Shown here: positions 1-14,389 of the stretch, in pieces
How positions within the stretch are numbered: the first letter of the stretch is position 1
How the letters are laid out: every line of letters begins with the position of its first letter
Source: Azolla caroliniana
Taxonomy: Eukaryota > Plantae > Polypodiophyta
DNA: 64,000 bases
Direction of reading: 5' to 3'
NCBI GenBank assembly: GCA_043228905.1
Contig: JBHGNT010000003.1
Coordinates: forward strand, 3,844,001-3,908,000
Notes under the pieces: model-generated
Database searches by the model: none
What the model was told of the DNA's origin: nothing
What the model saw: the letters and a program-made list of their open reading frames with translations, nothing else
Made by a program: the position numbers and the translations under genes

Positions 1-1818
1 TTACTTGACAACAATGATGTTGCGAACCTCAACACCTGAGCCTTACATCCAATTTGCCGAACCTAGGCTCGGGGCCCAATTTAGGTTCCGCCTCTTTTTC
101 ATTCCTCGACTTACACTTCACTACATACTTCCTTCACCATCCATCTATTGCTCACTTGTCTTCCTACTCACATTCCTAGGGGGAGCTTTATGTATTGGAA
201 ATACCCTTTGATTCCAACAAATACTACAAAGTATTTAAACTATCCCTTCCCCGAAATCCTAAAGTTCCCCCATATATTAGTTTGACACTCAAATTGTGTT
301 TGTTTTAGTGCCTATTATTTTGCTATTTCAAAATTTTTTGGGCTTCTTAATTTCATTTCTTTTTTTTCAATCACTTTTGTTTCATGATTGTTATAGTGCA
401 ACAAGTACTAGGAATTTAAAGAATTGGATATTCCTTAAATTTTCTATATGAATGGTGGTCACGAATACCATGTTTCCAAATACTCTATAAAGGAAGAGGT
501 CCGAAGCTAAAACTTAAAAATACACAACAAGAGATTGATCTCAATGAGAATAGGTATGAAGCTATGCCACATGAAATAAAATCATAGTTGATGAGAATGC
601 TTCAACGCAAAGAATAACCTTAATTAGGCTAGAGTTGATGTGTTAGGTGCGTAGAGAGAAAGAAGCCAAATTTTCAAAGTTCATGGAAGGTCAAGATTCA
701 AGTTGAACTAATCACCGAGGCAAAAGGTGAGAAAATGGAGATCAAGGAAACTTCATCATATATCTCAAATGGTAAGAGGAGAGGTCAAAAGTTCTAATAC
801 TTGCTACATGTGTCAAAGAGGGAAAGATAAATTATGATCCATGAAGACAAGGAAGCATGAAGTAAATACATACATGATAATTTACATTCTGCAAAAATAA
901 AGCACTAGTTCAAGGATAAGATTAAGAGCATGCTAAAAGAAGAACCATTGGTGCACATAAAAAAATGCAACACTATTCTTCCCAATAAAAGAGTTCCAAA
1001 GTGTTATAAAATTAGCAAGAGAGCTCGTTTGAGTTCATTACGATGGGGTTTCCAACACTCTAACTTTAGAGAACCAATCTTATGGGGTAGCAAATTGTGG
1101 GGCCACGACAGACACCGCCAATTATCAAGGTGACATGTCATTGATTGTACATGATTATATTGAATTCCTATTTTGCAAAGGGATTAACACAACTCATCTC
1201 TCAAAATGTTGCACTTCCAAGGGTCAATGCCGAGTCCCAAGAGGTCAGTTTTGTGTTAGTGGGCTAATCTAGGGATTCAAGGACGTCACCCCCTGATGGC
1301 AAATACCACATCATACATCAACGCATAAAGGCACTTACCTCTCTGCTCAATGCAACCTCATAAGCCTTGAAGGATTCTCGGGTTGATATAATGTAAGACA
1401 CACTTAGTCACTACATTAATTAATGAATATGTTAGTCTCAATTAAATAGATCTCTGTTAGGTATGTGGAAAAGCCATATTGAGGAAAATGACACTATGTA
1501 GATGTAAAGGGGAAAGAATAAGGACCAAAAGGCAGTCCCAATTATGGGGCACTTGAACTTAGAGCTCTTGTGCTTTTATACAAGTCAAAAACTCCAAAGA
1601 TTCGCTTTCACATTATAATCTTATTGTCCATTAACTATTCCTACCTAATAAAATGTAGTTCCCTACAAATTACAATATAACCATGTTTATTACATCATAC
1701 ATGCATTAGGTTTAGGACCAAAAGTTGAGATTGACATACTAAAGCCTTACAGGATTTGTTATTTATAAAGAAATATGACATTATTTCCTTAACAAATAAT
1801 CGTCCAACAATTTTTTAA

Positions 1819-3249
1819 GGAATGCGCTATTTGCCCCCCATTTTGGCTATTTGCCCCCTCGTTTTGGCTAAACCACTACATCCATTTTGGCCCCCCAAAC
1901 CCATTTTGGTCCCCCCCCCCCCTCATGGCAAAGTTATTGGGAAATTTTCAGAAGATATTACGCCCCTCCATGGTATAGCTCTGGATATGGGGAATGTTCA
2001 ATGAAGAAGCTCCATTTAGGTCACGGAAATCATCCACCCCAAAGTTATTCAGAAGACAGTAATTACTTCCGTGGCCATACTCATGAGAAATATGTGTGGA
2101 TCGATGGGTAATTAGCAATCAGTTCTGCTAGCGATTAATATGGATGGATCAGATCGATTAGGTTATGATTATAGTTTATAGTCATAGATTGACATATTCG
2201 CATTCGTCGGGTTTCCCATTCGAATGAAAACGAATACGAATACGAATGGGTAGTCAAGTATTAGTTTAACACCCCCCCCAAAAAAAAATTCCTAGGATAA
2301 AAAGAAAGGAACTTATTAATAAATAGGGATAATAAAAGAGGGACTTTGGGGACTTGACAGTACTAAATTTTTATAATAAATGTATAACTTATAAGTATTC
2401 GTTTTATTTTTAATAAATAAATAAAATAAAATAAAGGCTCATTAATTTCTCACTTTTTATTTCCTCAAATTTTATGGATATTTTTATGTTGAAATTAAAA
2501 ATAGTACTTCAAACTAATCATATCTTCAAAGTTCATATTAATTAGTAATCATATTTGTATAATAAATTTTTAAAAAAATTAATTAATTAAAAGTTTCATA
2601 AACTCTCTTAACACTATAATCTATTAATGAATAATTGTTTTTTTTTGTGAAATACATTTATTTAAATAAATAAATAAATTTTTATATTTATTTTACAAAA
2701 CAAATGGTTTTTTAATATTCTTGGGGCCATTTTGTATTCTCGAATATGGAGAATATCACGAATATCACGCATGTGTCAATCTATGATTATAGTAATCGTG
2801 GGTGTTGTAGAGGTTATTCTCAATCTAACCGTGGTAGTAGGAATCCACCGAGAATGGCTCTAAGTCGAACTGGAAATCGGCCGCAAAAGATTCAGTCCAC
2901 TCTAATTCACGTGGATAACCAACAAAATCATCACAACCAGAAGAAAATTCCAGGGGATGGTCGCTCATGGTCGAATCATAAAACTCTTGGATCAATTGGT
3001 CGCCCATCGCCCACTGATTACAGTCTGCGATTAATTGAAGATCATTATCGTAAGTCATTGATCCTTGCCATTTGATCAGTGGATTTTGATCAGGGGCAAT
3101 CTGGCGATGATTTGGGGTGATAAATCCTGGATCAAAGAGTAGATTGTGATGCTCGGTCTGTTTAGGAGCAAGATTCGGAAAGTGATGGTCGGTTTAACTA
3201 TTTAGGGGACAAATAGCCAAAATGGGGGGGGGGGCAAATAGCGCTTTCC
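1819..3249. mobile_element. Non-autonomous Mutator-like (MULE) TIR element, ~1.43 kb
   Basis: The left end GGAATGCGCTATTTGCCCCCC-ATTTTGGCTATTTGCCCC (from 1819) is the inverted repeat of the right end GGGGACAAATAGCCAAAATGGGG..GGCAAATAGCGCTTTCC (to 3249). Identical flanking direct repeat TTTTTTAA at 1811-1818 and 3250-3257. No intact transposase. GG..CC ends with long TIRs and an 8-9 bp TSD fit MULE. Confidence 0.75.
2183..2785. mobile_element. hAT-type MITE nested inside the MULE
   Basis: TIRs CATAGATTGACA (2183) and TGTCAATCTATG (2785). 8-bp flanks TTTATAGT / ATTATAGT (7/8 match). Subterminal CGAATA repeats at both ends, AT-rich core. Confidence 0.65.
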
Positions 3250-5286
3250 TTTTTTAATCCCATATAATTTTTCTTCTTCTAATTATCTTCTCAACCTTGT
3301 AAGACAATAATTGTAAATCATGGAATCTAGTACCAAATCATAGTGTCAATATATTGTAAATTTGTAGAGCAATAGAGCCCATTTTCATGTTCGAGCTAGG
3401 GGTTAGTGAATTACGGAGGATCTGAGGGAGGCTTACAATGCGTCGATGACGAGGGTGACATGATACATGTCGAGATGTATTTTCCCACATTAGCTTATAC
3501 AAAGGTTGATGGTTTATAACTAAAAGAGTCTTTTCCTTTTTAATAGAAATACCTTACTAGGTGTGTCTCTCTATTCTTCTTTTAATCACACTGCACGTTT
3601 GTTTTCTTCCACAAAATCTGCGATACTCATCTTATAAGCAATGTTTAGTATTCCATTTCTTTTATTATCCCTAACCTTGGCTTCATTCTTCTTCTTTTTA
3701 ACTTCCCTTATTACTCGTTTGAGTCTAAACCTTTCTCAAAATTCTCTAATTTTAGTCATGGATCAATGTTTGACCAATATTTTTTTCATAGAAGGTTTCT
3801 TCCCGTTTTTTCTTCTTTAAAGGTTTCTTTGCTATTTGGCATCTTCCACCATTTCTTTAAATTAGTTATTAGTTTTGAGCGTTTGTTCCTTCAACATTCC
3901 TTTAGATATTTTGTTAAGCCACCCATAAATAACCTCCTTGTTGAGATATCAAGCTCTACCACACACACTCCTAGGGGCCTTTGTGTGTTAAAGTCCACCC
4001 TTATATAAATAAATGGGGGATTTCTAGCATTGAATGTATTGGATAGTACAGTTGATTCAAACTTCTACATTGAGCACACATAGAATTCTCTATATAAACC
4101 AAGCCCCTCCCTTGTATCTAATGATGGTTAACTTTGGTATATTGTTTGAGTTGCATGTGTTATTTTTTGATTTAGCATTTGTATACTTATATCTCATTTT
4201 GCTAATGCATTGTCTCTAGTAAGCGCTGCATTGTTTCATTGCTGGGCCATAATGTTGATCATCCAATGGCGACTCGTAATTTGACTAGCTAAGGCTAATA
4301 TTTAAAATTGCAAAGAAGTGCATAATCGCAAAGCTACTTATAAGATAGCAAGAGCATTAGATTAGAAAGGGATGTCATTTAGGTATATATGGTGGGAAGT
4401 TAAGCATGCCATGTTGTAATATATACAATTGTGCATAAATTTCTTAATAGCAAGAGAGAAAATGTTTACACCATTGTGAATAAACCCCATATCTTATAAC
4501 AAGTAATGGTTTTAAATGGAAAAGATTAGCACAAAGTAGTGCGAAAATCCTCAGAAGTTGCGTTGATTTTTCATCCTCTTCCCTAGGATACAAGCAAGAT
4601 GTGAGCCTAAGCTGGTAAAGAAGCTCTTGAAAACTAGTAGTTGAATCCTCATGCCCTTCCCCAAGAGGTAGGCAAGGTTCTCATGAAAGCTATCAAACAA
4701 AGTCTCAAGCTTGTAATATAATGGTAACAAACAAGTTGCAATGAAACTCGTGACCTTTCTCAATGCATGCTCATGTGAAGCCATTGGGCTTGAGCTTGCA
4801 ACACAAAGGTATTGAACAAGTCCCAATGGAACTTGGGACGAATCGATTCCTCATTGTGTGCTTGTGTTTCCTCTTACCCAAGGTTGTGTAGCCCCTTCTT
4901 TCCTCTTACTTGAGCCTTTGGCAAGCCCCAAGGGCATATGGTTGATGGGTGGATCATGTTTACTCTCACATGGATTGTATCCTTTTGTTTCATAACTCTT
5001 ACATATGCCTATAGTAGGTTGCATGGGTGTGCTCGGTTTCCTCTTATGTGGGGTTGTGTAGCACCCAATTGCCCCTTATCTCGACTCTACGAAGAAACAC
5101 GAGCCGCCCATGAACCATGCCCATGGGGCCTTGTAGACCCACATAAGAGGTAGGCCCCATGGTACCATCATAGGAAGAAGAAGAAGCCATTGTTGGCAGA
5201 AACAACACCACAAATGGCGCAAATAATAAGGAATTTCTTTGTTTTGTTGAAAATGCAACCACAACACATTTTACACTAACAAAAAT

Positions 5287-8200
5287 ATGATTGCCCAAAG
5301 AGCCCCTGCTCCTGCCCCTGTTTCTCTTCTTCTCTATTCCAACCTCTCCCCCTCCCCTGCATCTCCATCTCCATCTCTCCTTCGCCATCGCCCAATTACC
5401 CCCTCTCCTCGCCTAATCCTAATCCATAGACACAGATCTAATCCTAAGGGTCACCGTGCCACCATCAATCAATCAGTAACAGCTGAAGAAGAAGAAGAAG
5501 AAGAAGGAGAAGGAGAAGGAGAAGGAGGAAGAGACTATGAAGGAGGAAGAGGAGGTTATGTCGAAGGAGAAGGAGTAGCTTTCTCTTTTGCTGCTGCTGA
5601 GACAACCCTGCACATTGAGCGAAATGGCAAAAACAGCCGCCGAATCTCGGTTACCATACCCGTTTCTGCCCCGCTTGATACACTCTGGAGAGCTCTCACG
5701 GATTATGAAAGGCTTTCTGAGTTCATTCCCGGTCTCTCTGTTTGTGAGGTCCAGGAGCGATGGCATGATGGAGCTCGACTTTACCAAGTAAAAATCTAAA
5801 CAAGTGATGTCTTTTCCCATTGGTATTACAAAATATAATTACTCTCTTTCTTCTTTTCTTGTTTCCCACATGGGAACCTACTATTTGTTCATTCCTTATT
5901 CCGACGATCCCACTTTAATGCATGCATCTTAGGGTTGTCTTTAGCATCAAAGAAGCTCAAATCACTGCCCATTGATTGACATCTATCCCATTTCATTTCC
6001 CATGCGGGAAGTTTCTCTTTCCCGCTCACTTTGGCACATTTCAACTCGTGTTTTTTTATCAGCATTGAAGAAGTTCTAGCATGAGAAGAGAGCCAATGAT
6101 CCTGTTCATCTTCAGCAATTTCCAGCAAATGGAAATCTTCTCTTCTATCCTCAAAAGATTGACATCTTTTGACTTGCCTGCACAGGATGCTTGCTTTCCC
6201 ATGTTAGAAATTCAACAAAGTTTTGGACAATTTCCATGTGGGAAAAGAGCCATTTTACCTCATGGTTCTCTGCAGAACACTAAACATTTCCTATGCTGGA
6301 ATTTGGAAAGGGCCCATTTGCCCTCCTATTTTTGTTCCAACATCAGGAAATTGTAGGAAATTTTACTGTGCCAGAGCCTATCAAAATTTTCCATGAATTT
6401 CCTGCCTGCAAGGTTCAACGTTAAAGAGTTTCCAAAATTTCTCTTTTGTTCCTTCTCTACTGTTCAATGCATTTATTGAAAATAGAACGACAGTTGGAGA
6501 ATGTGTCTCATCATTTGAAAGCACCAATAAATTGAGATTCTAATGAAGTTTAGTTAAGGTGGTCTCTTGAATATCGTCAAAGCTCCTTGTTGTGATATTT
6601 TCACAACTCTTGGACTCTTGTATGTGTAGCCTTGATTGTACATTAATGCAGTTCGGCTCCATCACAATCCTTGTGTCTAGTTGATCTTGTATTGGCTCTG
6701 TGTCTGGGAGGTGAGTCAGATGTATTAGGCCCTTATGGATGCTGCTATAACTAATGGTGTGACTGCCTTTGTGGCCACAGGCAAAACCCCGATAGTGTTG
6801 GCTCAACATGGGTGATCCTGTATTGGCTCAGAGGTGAGTCTCATGTATAATGGACTTGTGGCTGGTAGTATAAATAATGGTGTGCCAATCCTTGTGACTG
6901 TGTTAAAACACTATAGGTGATTCTATATTGGCTTCATTGCTTGGGGGCGAGTTTCACCATAAGATGATAGAAGATGCTGTTTATATGCATGTGTAACTTT
7001 ATATTTCTCTCCGTCTATGGGCCTTCTTATTCATCAAGGCAACCAAACATTGGGATATTGTAAAGGAGGAGGATTTTGTTGAGCATTTAGAAAATGGAGA
7101 GATGGCTTTGCTCATATGAATAAAATCCAAATTTAACTTTTAAGTGTCTAATGTACTACGAAACTTCCCATTCCCAATTTTTAATGTGTTCTATTCCTTG
7201 ATCATTTTATGCTTTTCCAATTAGTTAGTATGAATAGTCTAAAGATTATATTTAAAAGATGATCATAGAAGATATGTAGGATGTGGCAATGATTTTAGGT
7301 TCAAGATTGTGGCCTTAATATTTGCCCTTGAAAGCAGTTAAAGTTACAACAATTAAATTTCCCAATCTCCATGTCTGGATACTTTTTTGGTTTGCCAGTA
7401 AGTTAATATGAAGAGTTTAATAATTATATTTAAAAAATTGTCATAGCTCGTATCTTGTTGGGGATGTGGCCAAGATTCATGTTTTAAGATTGTGATCTCC
7501 TTCAGAATATTCATTCTTGAAATTAGTTAAGTTACAAACCTAGCATTGTTCAAAAAATATTCTCAAATTTTAATGGGATGAGTAGCCGAACACCATGATA
7601 TCCTATAGGTAATTTCTAGGAGAAAGAATGCATTTCCTTCCAATTTTAGGAAAAAATTGTGATTTTGTATGACTTATGATAACCCATAACTAAGAGAATT
7701 TACCATTTTATGCTAATATATGATGCCCAAGACTCAAGTAGAAGGATTTATTTGACTTTGTCAGAAAATTGGAGACGCCTATAATATATGAACCCTATAA
7801 CAAGAAACCATTCTTACTCAATGTAATATCTTTTGGGGATTTTTGTATGATTTACTTTTCTGTTTGTTTTCCCAAATATCTAAAGTTTGTATATTTTCAG
7901 ATTGGAGAGCAGAATTTGGCATTTGGCTTGAAATTCAAAGCCAAAGGTGTGATTGTTGTAACTGAGAAGCAACTCGAAGCAATGCCATGCGGGATCCACA
8001 GGAGTATAGAGTTTGAGATGGTCGAAGGAGACTTCAAAATCTTCAAAGGAGCCTGGCAGATGGAGGAGGTTAGCTCAACTTGGACTCACTAACTAAGTAA
8101 ATATATTTGGTTTGAACATTATGGATATATGGTCTCTTGAATTTAAGCAATTCTCTAATCATTTGCGATTTTTGTGATATGCGATAGATAGACCAAGAAG

Positions 8201-11200
8201 TCTCATAATAACTTGTAGTCCAACTTATGTATTGATAAGTTAGTCTAGACCACAGGATAAGTTTAGAATACTTCCTGTATAGAAAATCTATAATAAACAA
8301 GGTTTCTAACTTTGACCTTAATGCTCCCTCCTGCCTGAAACAAAAAAATACTATGAAACTTCAGAGTTATCAACAGACTCCAATTCCTGATATTATTTAG
8401 CTGAACGCCATGTTCTTTACTCTGAGAACTAACTAAGCTTCAAAAAACTTACTTCTCCAACCAAATTCTTGATATCTAAGTGCAAGCCTCTATAGCTTTG
8501 CTTTGGTCTTGATCATAATCTTGATTCCACATCCACTCTGGATGACATGAGATTTCACAATATAGATATCTTTACAAAATGTTTTTAAATGTGGACTTCG
8601 GGGCATAAAGAAGGTTGTTGTATGGCCTATTCGCTTTGTCCTTTTTGCAACTGTGATGCAATTGTGATGGCGGTTGGATTGGATGATGATGAGGAGATTG
8701 GACCGAATGATAGCATTGGATGATGGGCCTAGGTGACAAGAGTCAAGTAACGAGCAACTGGCAACAGTCTATGAGATGAGAATTGAGACAAATACTTGAG
8801 GCACGAGACCAAGACACACACAATGAGTCATGAATCACGACTATGATTATCACATGATGATTGACATTGATTTACCTGAGATCAACTGGGTGGGAAACCC
8901 CCTTCCTCACAACTTTACACGTGTCAAAAGTCTACAATCTCACTATAGACTTTACAATACTCCCCTCAAGCTTTAAACCTTACAACATTCCTCTCTTTGG
9001 GGGCCAAACATAATCTCTTCTTCAAATGCAGACTTCTCAGAGGAGTGGGTGTGAGGATACCAGACATGGAATTACTGGAACATGTTGGTCAAATCCTTGA
9101 TATTGCATAAACAAGAGGAACTCTGGCTTGGTCGAGAGGGCCAGGGGAACAAGCAGACAACGGCCTAGAGAGGGCTCGTAGAAGCAGATGCTAACAGCAG
9201 CTTGACGATGGCTTATAGGGAGTGAAAGTAGAATGGGCCCTCTTTGCGTGAAGGCGAGAGCATCAATATGAAGTGGGATGTCACAGATCCATGTACTTCA
9301 TATAGAGAAAGTATGGAAATAGGCAGAGTAAAATGGAAGATAAAACATCCCAACGAGGACTCTTGGAAATCTATGTAATTTGCTGAGACAACTCACAGAA
9401 ACATGCAAAATGACAGTCCAGCCGAGAGGGTTCATGGAAACAGGTGGAGCTTCAGAGCAGATGGGGGGGCCTGCAAAAATATGCAAAGGGAAAGGGAACA
9501 GTGAAAGTGGAAATGACTACAGCGGATGGAGCATTTGTCCAAAGAGGGATGCTAAAACAGAGGTGGAGAGAACAGCCCAAAGATGGCTCACAGAAGCAGG
9601 ATGAACAACAGTTTGGAGAGGGCTCACAAAAGCAGGACAGCATGGTGTAAACAGGGTTTGCTGAAGTTGAATGGAATAATGGCCCTTTGAGGGCATGCTC
9701 AGGTGGAGGCAGCCGAAAGGCTCGAGAGGGGTGCGCAAAACAGGGTGGAACATCTGAAGCCTAGATTTCATCTTTTTTCGTTGTTCACTTACATTTCTTT
9801 TTCTTTCTTGCTCTTTCTTAAAATACCGACAATATCTGGTTTCCTGTGGCCTTTTCTGCCACATTCATAACATGTTGCATCTGGTTGTTATGTTTTTGCT
9901 CCTATTCCTTTGTCCTACATTTGTATTCTTCTCAGATCTTTTTCTAATCATGTTAGTTGATCCACCACATTCTCCACTAGCTCTCCTCTTGATCTCTTCA
10001 TAAGGATAGAAGCTCTTACACCATCAAAAGTGAGATTAGGTTTATTTGAAAGTGAGGCAACCAATGTCTTCCAAGAATCCTGGAGTATCTTCAATATGTC
10101 CTTCAATTTGTCACAGGCACATAGACCAGAATCTTGCACTTGTGAAAGGATGCTAGAGAAGAGAGCAATATGCGCCGCTGTACTTTTTGATTCTTCCAAT
10201 TTTATAGTTGTCATTATCCCACCTCATCAAATGCACTTGATTCATTGGAATGATATTCTGAACTTTTTCCATGCGTCATAAACTTTTGGAAGACCTTTAA
10301 AGTCCACCAAAGTTTTAATGTATGCACCATTGCCTTCTTATTCAGATTATCCGATGTAACATTTGATAAATGTGCAGTCTTAACCTAAGCCAATGCACCA
10401 TCACAGTCCTTAAAGAAAAGAATATTTTGCATCCTATCTCTCCATAAATCAAATTCTATGCCTTCAAAACTCTTTATCTCAAAGAGACTTCCCACGTTAG
10501 ACAAGCTTGAGGCCATAGTATGTAAACAATGCAAATAAACAATCAAAACCCCACAACAACAAGAAGACATAAATTGGAAACTTCCAGCAAGTGTATTGCA
10601 TCTTTGCATCAATAATATGGCGCATTCCACAAAAATAGTACATAAACAAGCATCAATATTCATCATTGCATATATTCTATACATTTATATGTTTGGCCGA
10701 ATTTCAAGTCCATGACCCTCTACTGCATTTCACTTTACTGAATCCTTGCAAATAAGTGATCTCCCACCTTATTTGCAAAACACGACAAAACATTGGTGGC
10801 CTAGAGTGGGATCCCCAAAACACGATGCAACATTGGCCTGTTGAGAATAAACAAAAGCAGATGCGGTTGATATTGTATTTAGTGTCAGAACCATATTGTC
10901 TTTAGTGTTAGAGCCGTAAGTTTGTCATGGGACCATTGTTGACAAGAGTAAGTTGGTTATATGACACTAAAGTTTTGTGGACAAGGAGCGAACATGCATC
11001 CTAACTAGTGTGTAATGGAACTACTATATAAAGGCATGTCCTTGGTTGGGAAGATAAACCTTAGAACACACCTTTATTATACTTCTTATTCTTTTATCCC
11101 TTCTCTTCAAGACTTGTATCCTCTTACTAAGCAGCAAGCAACATGCCACGAGTTGAAGCAAATCCTTTGGGAGAAAAGAGAACAAGGGACAAGCAATGAG

Positions 11201-12526
11201 TTAATAAGCAAGTCTATAATTTCAATTCAATGAGTGGTTGCAATCTATCTGAGATCATCTATGTGGAGACTCCCCTTTTATACAATACAAAACCTACCTC
11301 AACCTACTCTGAAAGCTCACAATTTACATACCCACATAACTTTACAACCTGTGGTGGCCTCGACAACGATATGCCAACATCCATGGTTGGTTGAGAATGT
11401 CCTCATCACCTTTTTGTTGTATGAATGCTTTCATTTTCTTTTCGTCTACTTTTGTAATCATGGCTTTTCATTTCCGTGTTATATTTTCTCTTTTCCAATT
11501 ACTTTCAGTCATCTTTTTTATCTTATTTACTTTTATATTTACTTAGTTATATTTATTTTATTTTGATTTGTTGTTCTCAAAGATGAGACACCACTCACGA
11601 TGCAATCGCTTATTTGGTCTTATAGGCCATTTTCGCCTCTTAAGATACTTTAATATATCTTTCTTTCTTTCTTTCGTTATTATTCATCAGTTCAAATCTT
11701 GGTTGGCCTTAAAACTATGTATATTTCTTTTTTTTCCAATATCACACCAAGAATTAGAATAATCATTCTCTTTATATGTTGCTAACTGTTTTTCTATTTT
11801 TCTTCTAGATTCCATCTAAAATAAACATTTATTGCTGAAAACCATCACTTAATTTCCTTTAGCAAAGCAGGTTATACTTTGCTGTTCGTAATTGTCTTAT
11901 CATTCGTTTATTTTGTTCCTTTCCTCAAATCTTTCAAAGTATATAGATTGCAACTATTGATCATTTTGTTCATTTCCTAGGTATATTACAATCTTGATCA
12001 CATAGAACATTGTTTTGTAGCTATATCTATGTATAATTTTTTTAGCTTCTTATCATGCCAGTTTAGCCTCTAATGGCACCTATGTTTAGGGTTCATCTTA
12101 CTTAAATATAAGCAACATACCATTTGAAAATTGGTGATGGATGTTAGAAATGTATCCATGTTTAGTTCTTTGCATAAATATTTCCGATCGGATTTTAGCA
12201 ATGTATATTAGCAATCTATACATATTCAATGTCTTGTCTAAACTTAGATCTATTCTCCACATTTCTCGTCTATTTTGCACCAAATTCCTAAAATCTCACA
12301 GTACCTCTCTGTATTACAGGTGATTTCCACGACAGATAATGATATTACTAAGACCCTACTCACTTATGTGGTTGATGTCCAACCAAAAGCTTGGCTACCT
12401 GTTAGGCTTGTAGAAGGAAGGTTAAGCTATGAAATCCAAAATAACCTTGTATGTGTTCGAAATGAGGCCCAAAGACTTGAATGGACTAGTAGTCCAAGTG
12501 GATGTGATCCAACTTGTCATGAATAA
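5287..12526 (+). CDS. Polyketide cyclase/dehydrase and lipid transport (SRPBCC/START-like) family protein, probably plastid-targeted; 3 exons: 5287-5787, 7901-8068, 12320-12526
   Basis: Exon 1 has a Ser/Pro-rich transit-like N-terminus, then RRISVTIPVSAPLDTLWRALTDYERLSEFIPGL..GARLYQ followed by GT at 5788. Exon 2 follows TTTTCAG and reads IGEQNLAFGLKFKAKGV..IEFEMVEGDFKIFKGAWQMEE, with GT at 8069. Exon 3 follows TACAG and reads ..TLLTYVVDVQPKAWLPVRLVEGRLSYEIQNNL. All junctions are phase 0 and in frame. Confidence 0.9.
5485..5530 (+). repeat. Coding (GAA)n/(GAAGGA)n microsatellite encoding EEEEEEEGEGEGEG
   Basis: Directly visible in exon 1 of the SRPBCC gene. Confidence 0.8.
6683..6960. repeat. 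Three degenerate ~105-130 bp tandem units in intron 1
   Basis: Recurring GATC(T/C)TGTATTGGCTC..GAGGTGAGTC..TAATGGTGTG motifs starting near 6683, 6814 and 6919. Confidence 0.5.
8760..10700 (-). mobile_element. Degenerate Ty1/Copia remnant in intron 2 of the SRPBCC gene (gag, zinc knuckle, PPT/3' LTR start; pol mostly deleted)
   Basis: Gag N-terminus IKSFEGIEFDLWRDRMQNILF (~10400-10490); UBN2-like SWKTLVASLSNKPNLTFDGVRASIL (9948-10214 ORF); knuckle CYECGRKGH (~9845-9875); Copia PPT CTTGAGGGGAGTAT followed by TGT at ~8956-8970 on the minus strand. Boundaries approximate. Confidence 0.6.
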
Positions 12527-14389
12527 CATTTGGCTAAGGACACCACTCAATCGTACCCAAATTATTATTTGTTGATTAACTCCACACTCCATGTAATATT
12601 TTGAGTAAACAATAATAGTTTCCGACTTGGACCTATAGTGACCTTGATGATAAACAATCCTACAACTACTTAATGGAGGAAATGTGTATTCAAGAACTAA
12701 AAAGTTGAAGAGCAATATAGGATCATGCAAATGTATATATAAGATAATTGTTGAATATGTTACATATGTGCCAAAATAATTTTCTTAGGGCCAAGATAAA
12801 AAATAATCAATAAAGAATGATAGACTCAAGGTAGAGAAGGTTTATAAATCCAGCCCTACACTTAATTCCAGCATTTTTTTTATAATTGCAATAAGATTTG
12901 CTGTATCGTTGATACTAAATCAAATAATGTTCCTTTCTAGTTTGTGGAAGACCTATAACACACATTTACTTTTATCTTAGTTGTGGAACTCAAGAGATCT
13001 ATCCTTAGGAGGGGCTGGATTCTCATTTCTTTGTTTATGTGATATGATTGGTGGATATGTTGAATAGGGCAGAGATTAGTCATTTGCATGCCTAAAACCT
13101 TTGGAGGAGACCTCTTGCCCATCCTTAGAAAGCTACGACATCCTCCCAACTCACAGCTTAGTTATCTGTAGGCAGAATCAAGACGGTCATGATTTGCAAT
13201 AGAGAAGATTCGAACATAATGTAATATCAATAGGGAATATGATCTCATAGAAAATGGCCAGCAGTAAAGGAAGCTTTTGGATATTTTTAATCGTACCCAT
13301 TGATATGCATGATGTTCGAAGGCAACCAAGAAAGCTCCAACATCCTCCCAAGTTACAACTTTAGGCAGAATTATCATGATCATGAATCATGATCTGATGT
13401 GCAACCAATTTGTGTGACTTTTGGCTCTTCATAAATTAGGGATCTCAACTTGAATCCTTGGAGTTGAAGTAGATGATACTTAGCATTAGAATTCAGAAAA
13501 GGCCTCTATTACTTAAGTATACTCTAGCGAGGATGACAACTTGTGTTTGAGATAGATGGAGAATGTTCAATAGAAGAATATATTGATTGTTCCACTTGTG
13601 AATTGGAAGAAACAACGGAAGGTTGATTTTTAACTCTCCAAACATCTTGCACATCCAAATCTATATAACGGGCAAAGTTAATTGTGCCATGTTGAGGGTT
13701 TGTTGGGTAGAATCTAATGCATAAATAAGATGTAATTTGCTTGAGACAAATACAACAATGATGCGTTTTTATGTCATGTGGTGTTCATCCCAAGAATAAG
13801 TTGTATAGGACCTAAGTAGCAATGTTGATTTAATCTAATGGCTTAATTAATGTTATTTATTTATTTAATCAATTAAACATATATGCTTATTTAATTAAAT
13901 GGTTCCATTTAAGGGATAAAAAAAGTTAGCCCAAAAATGTATAAACCTTTAAACCAAGCCACTTAAACCTATAAACTGATAAACCCCTGTTTCAGAGCCA
14001 AATGGAACTAAAACCAAACCATTTATTAACAATTAAATCCAAACCAAACCATTTAATTATTTGGGAACTTATAAACCTTTAAATCATGGCTTAACAGTTC
14101 AGTTTGGTTTGAGCTGAAACCAAGTCCATTGCCATTGGCAAGCAATATATTACCCATGTAGAGGATAAGATGGATAGCTAATTCATGTGTTCTATTTTTC
14201 AAATCTAGATAGTGATCATTATCACTGAGAAAATCCGGGTGATTGTATGAAATTATTAAAATTTTGATATCACTATTGGGTTGCTTGCTTCATGCCGTAT
14301 AAAATCTTGTGATAGTAGAGTAGTTGTTCCTGACTAGGTGATACAAAACCTTCCAATTGCTCCATGTAGATTTCCTCATTTAAATGACC

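Noticed and set aside
1-1800. Possible retroelement PPT/LTR (GGGGGAG then TGTATTGG near 178-198) and degenerate coding sequence
   Set aside because: No partner LTR or diagnostic domain visible in the window.
3900-5200. Short ORFs upstream of or antisense to the SRPBCC gene (e.g. 5044-5388, 4551-4826)
   Set aside because: No recognisable motifs and many stops; probably degraded repeat or antisense shadow.
12900-13700. A further Roco remnant (fragments such as KVVTWED and PRIQV on the minus strand)
   Set aside because: Similarity is too short to support by eye; needs tBLASTn with protein B.
13820-14135. MITE-like AT-rich segment with AAACCAAACC repeats
   Set aside because: Paired TIRs and a TSD could not be defined.
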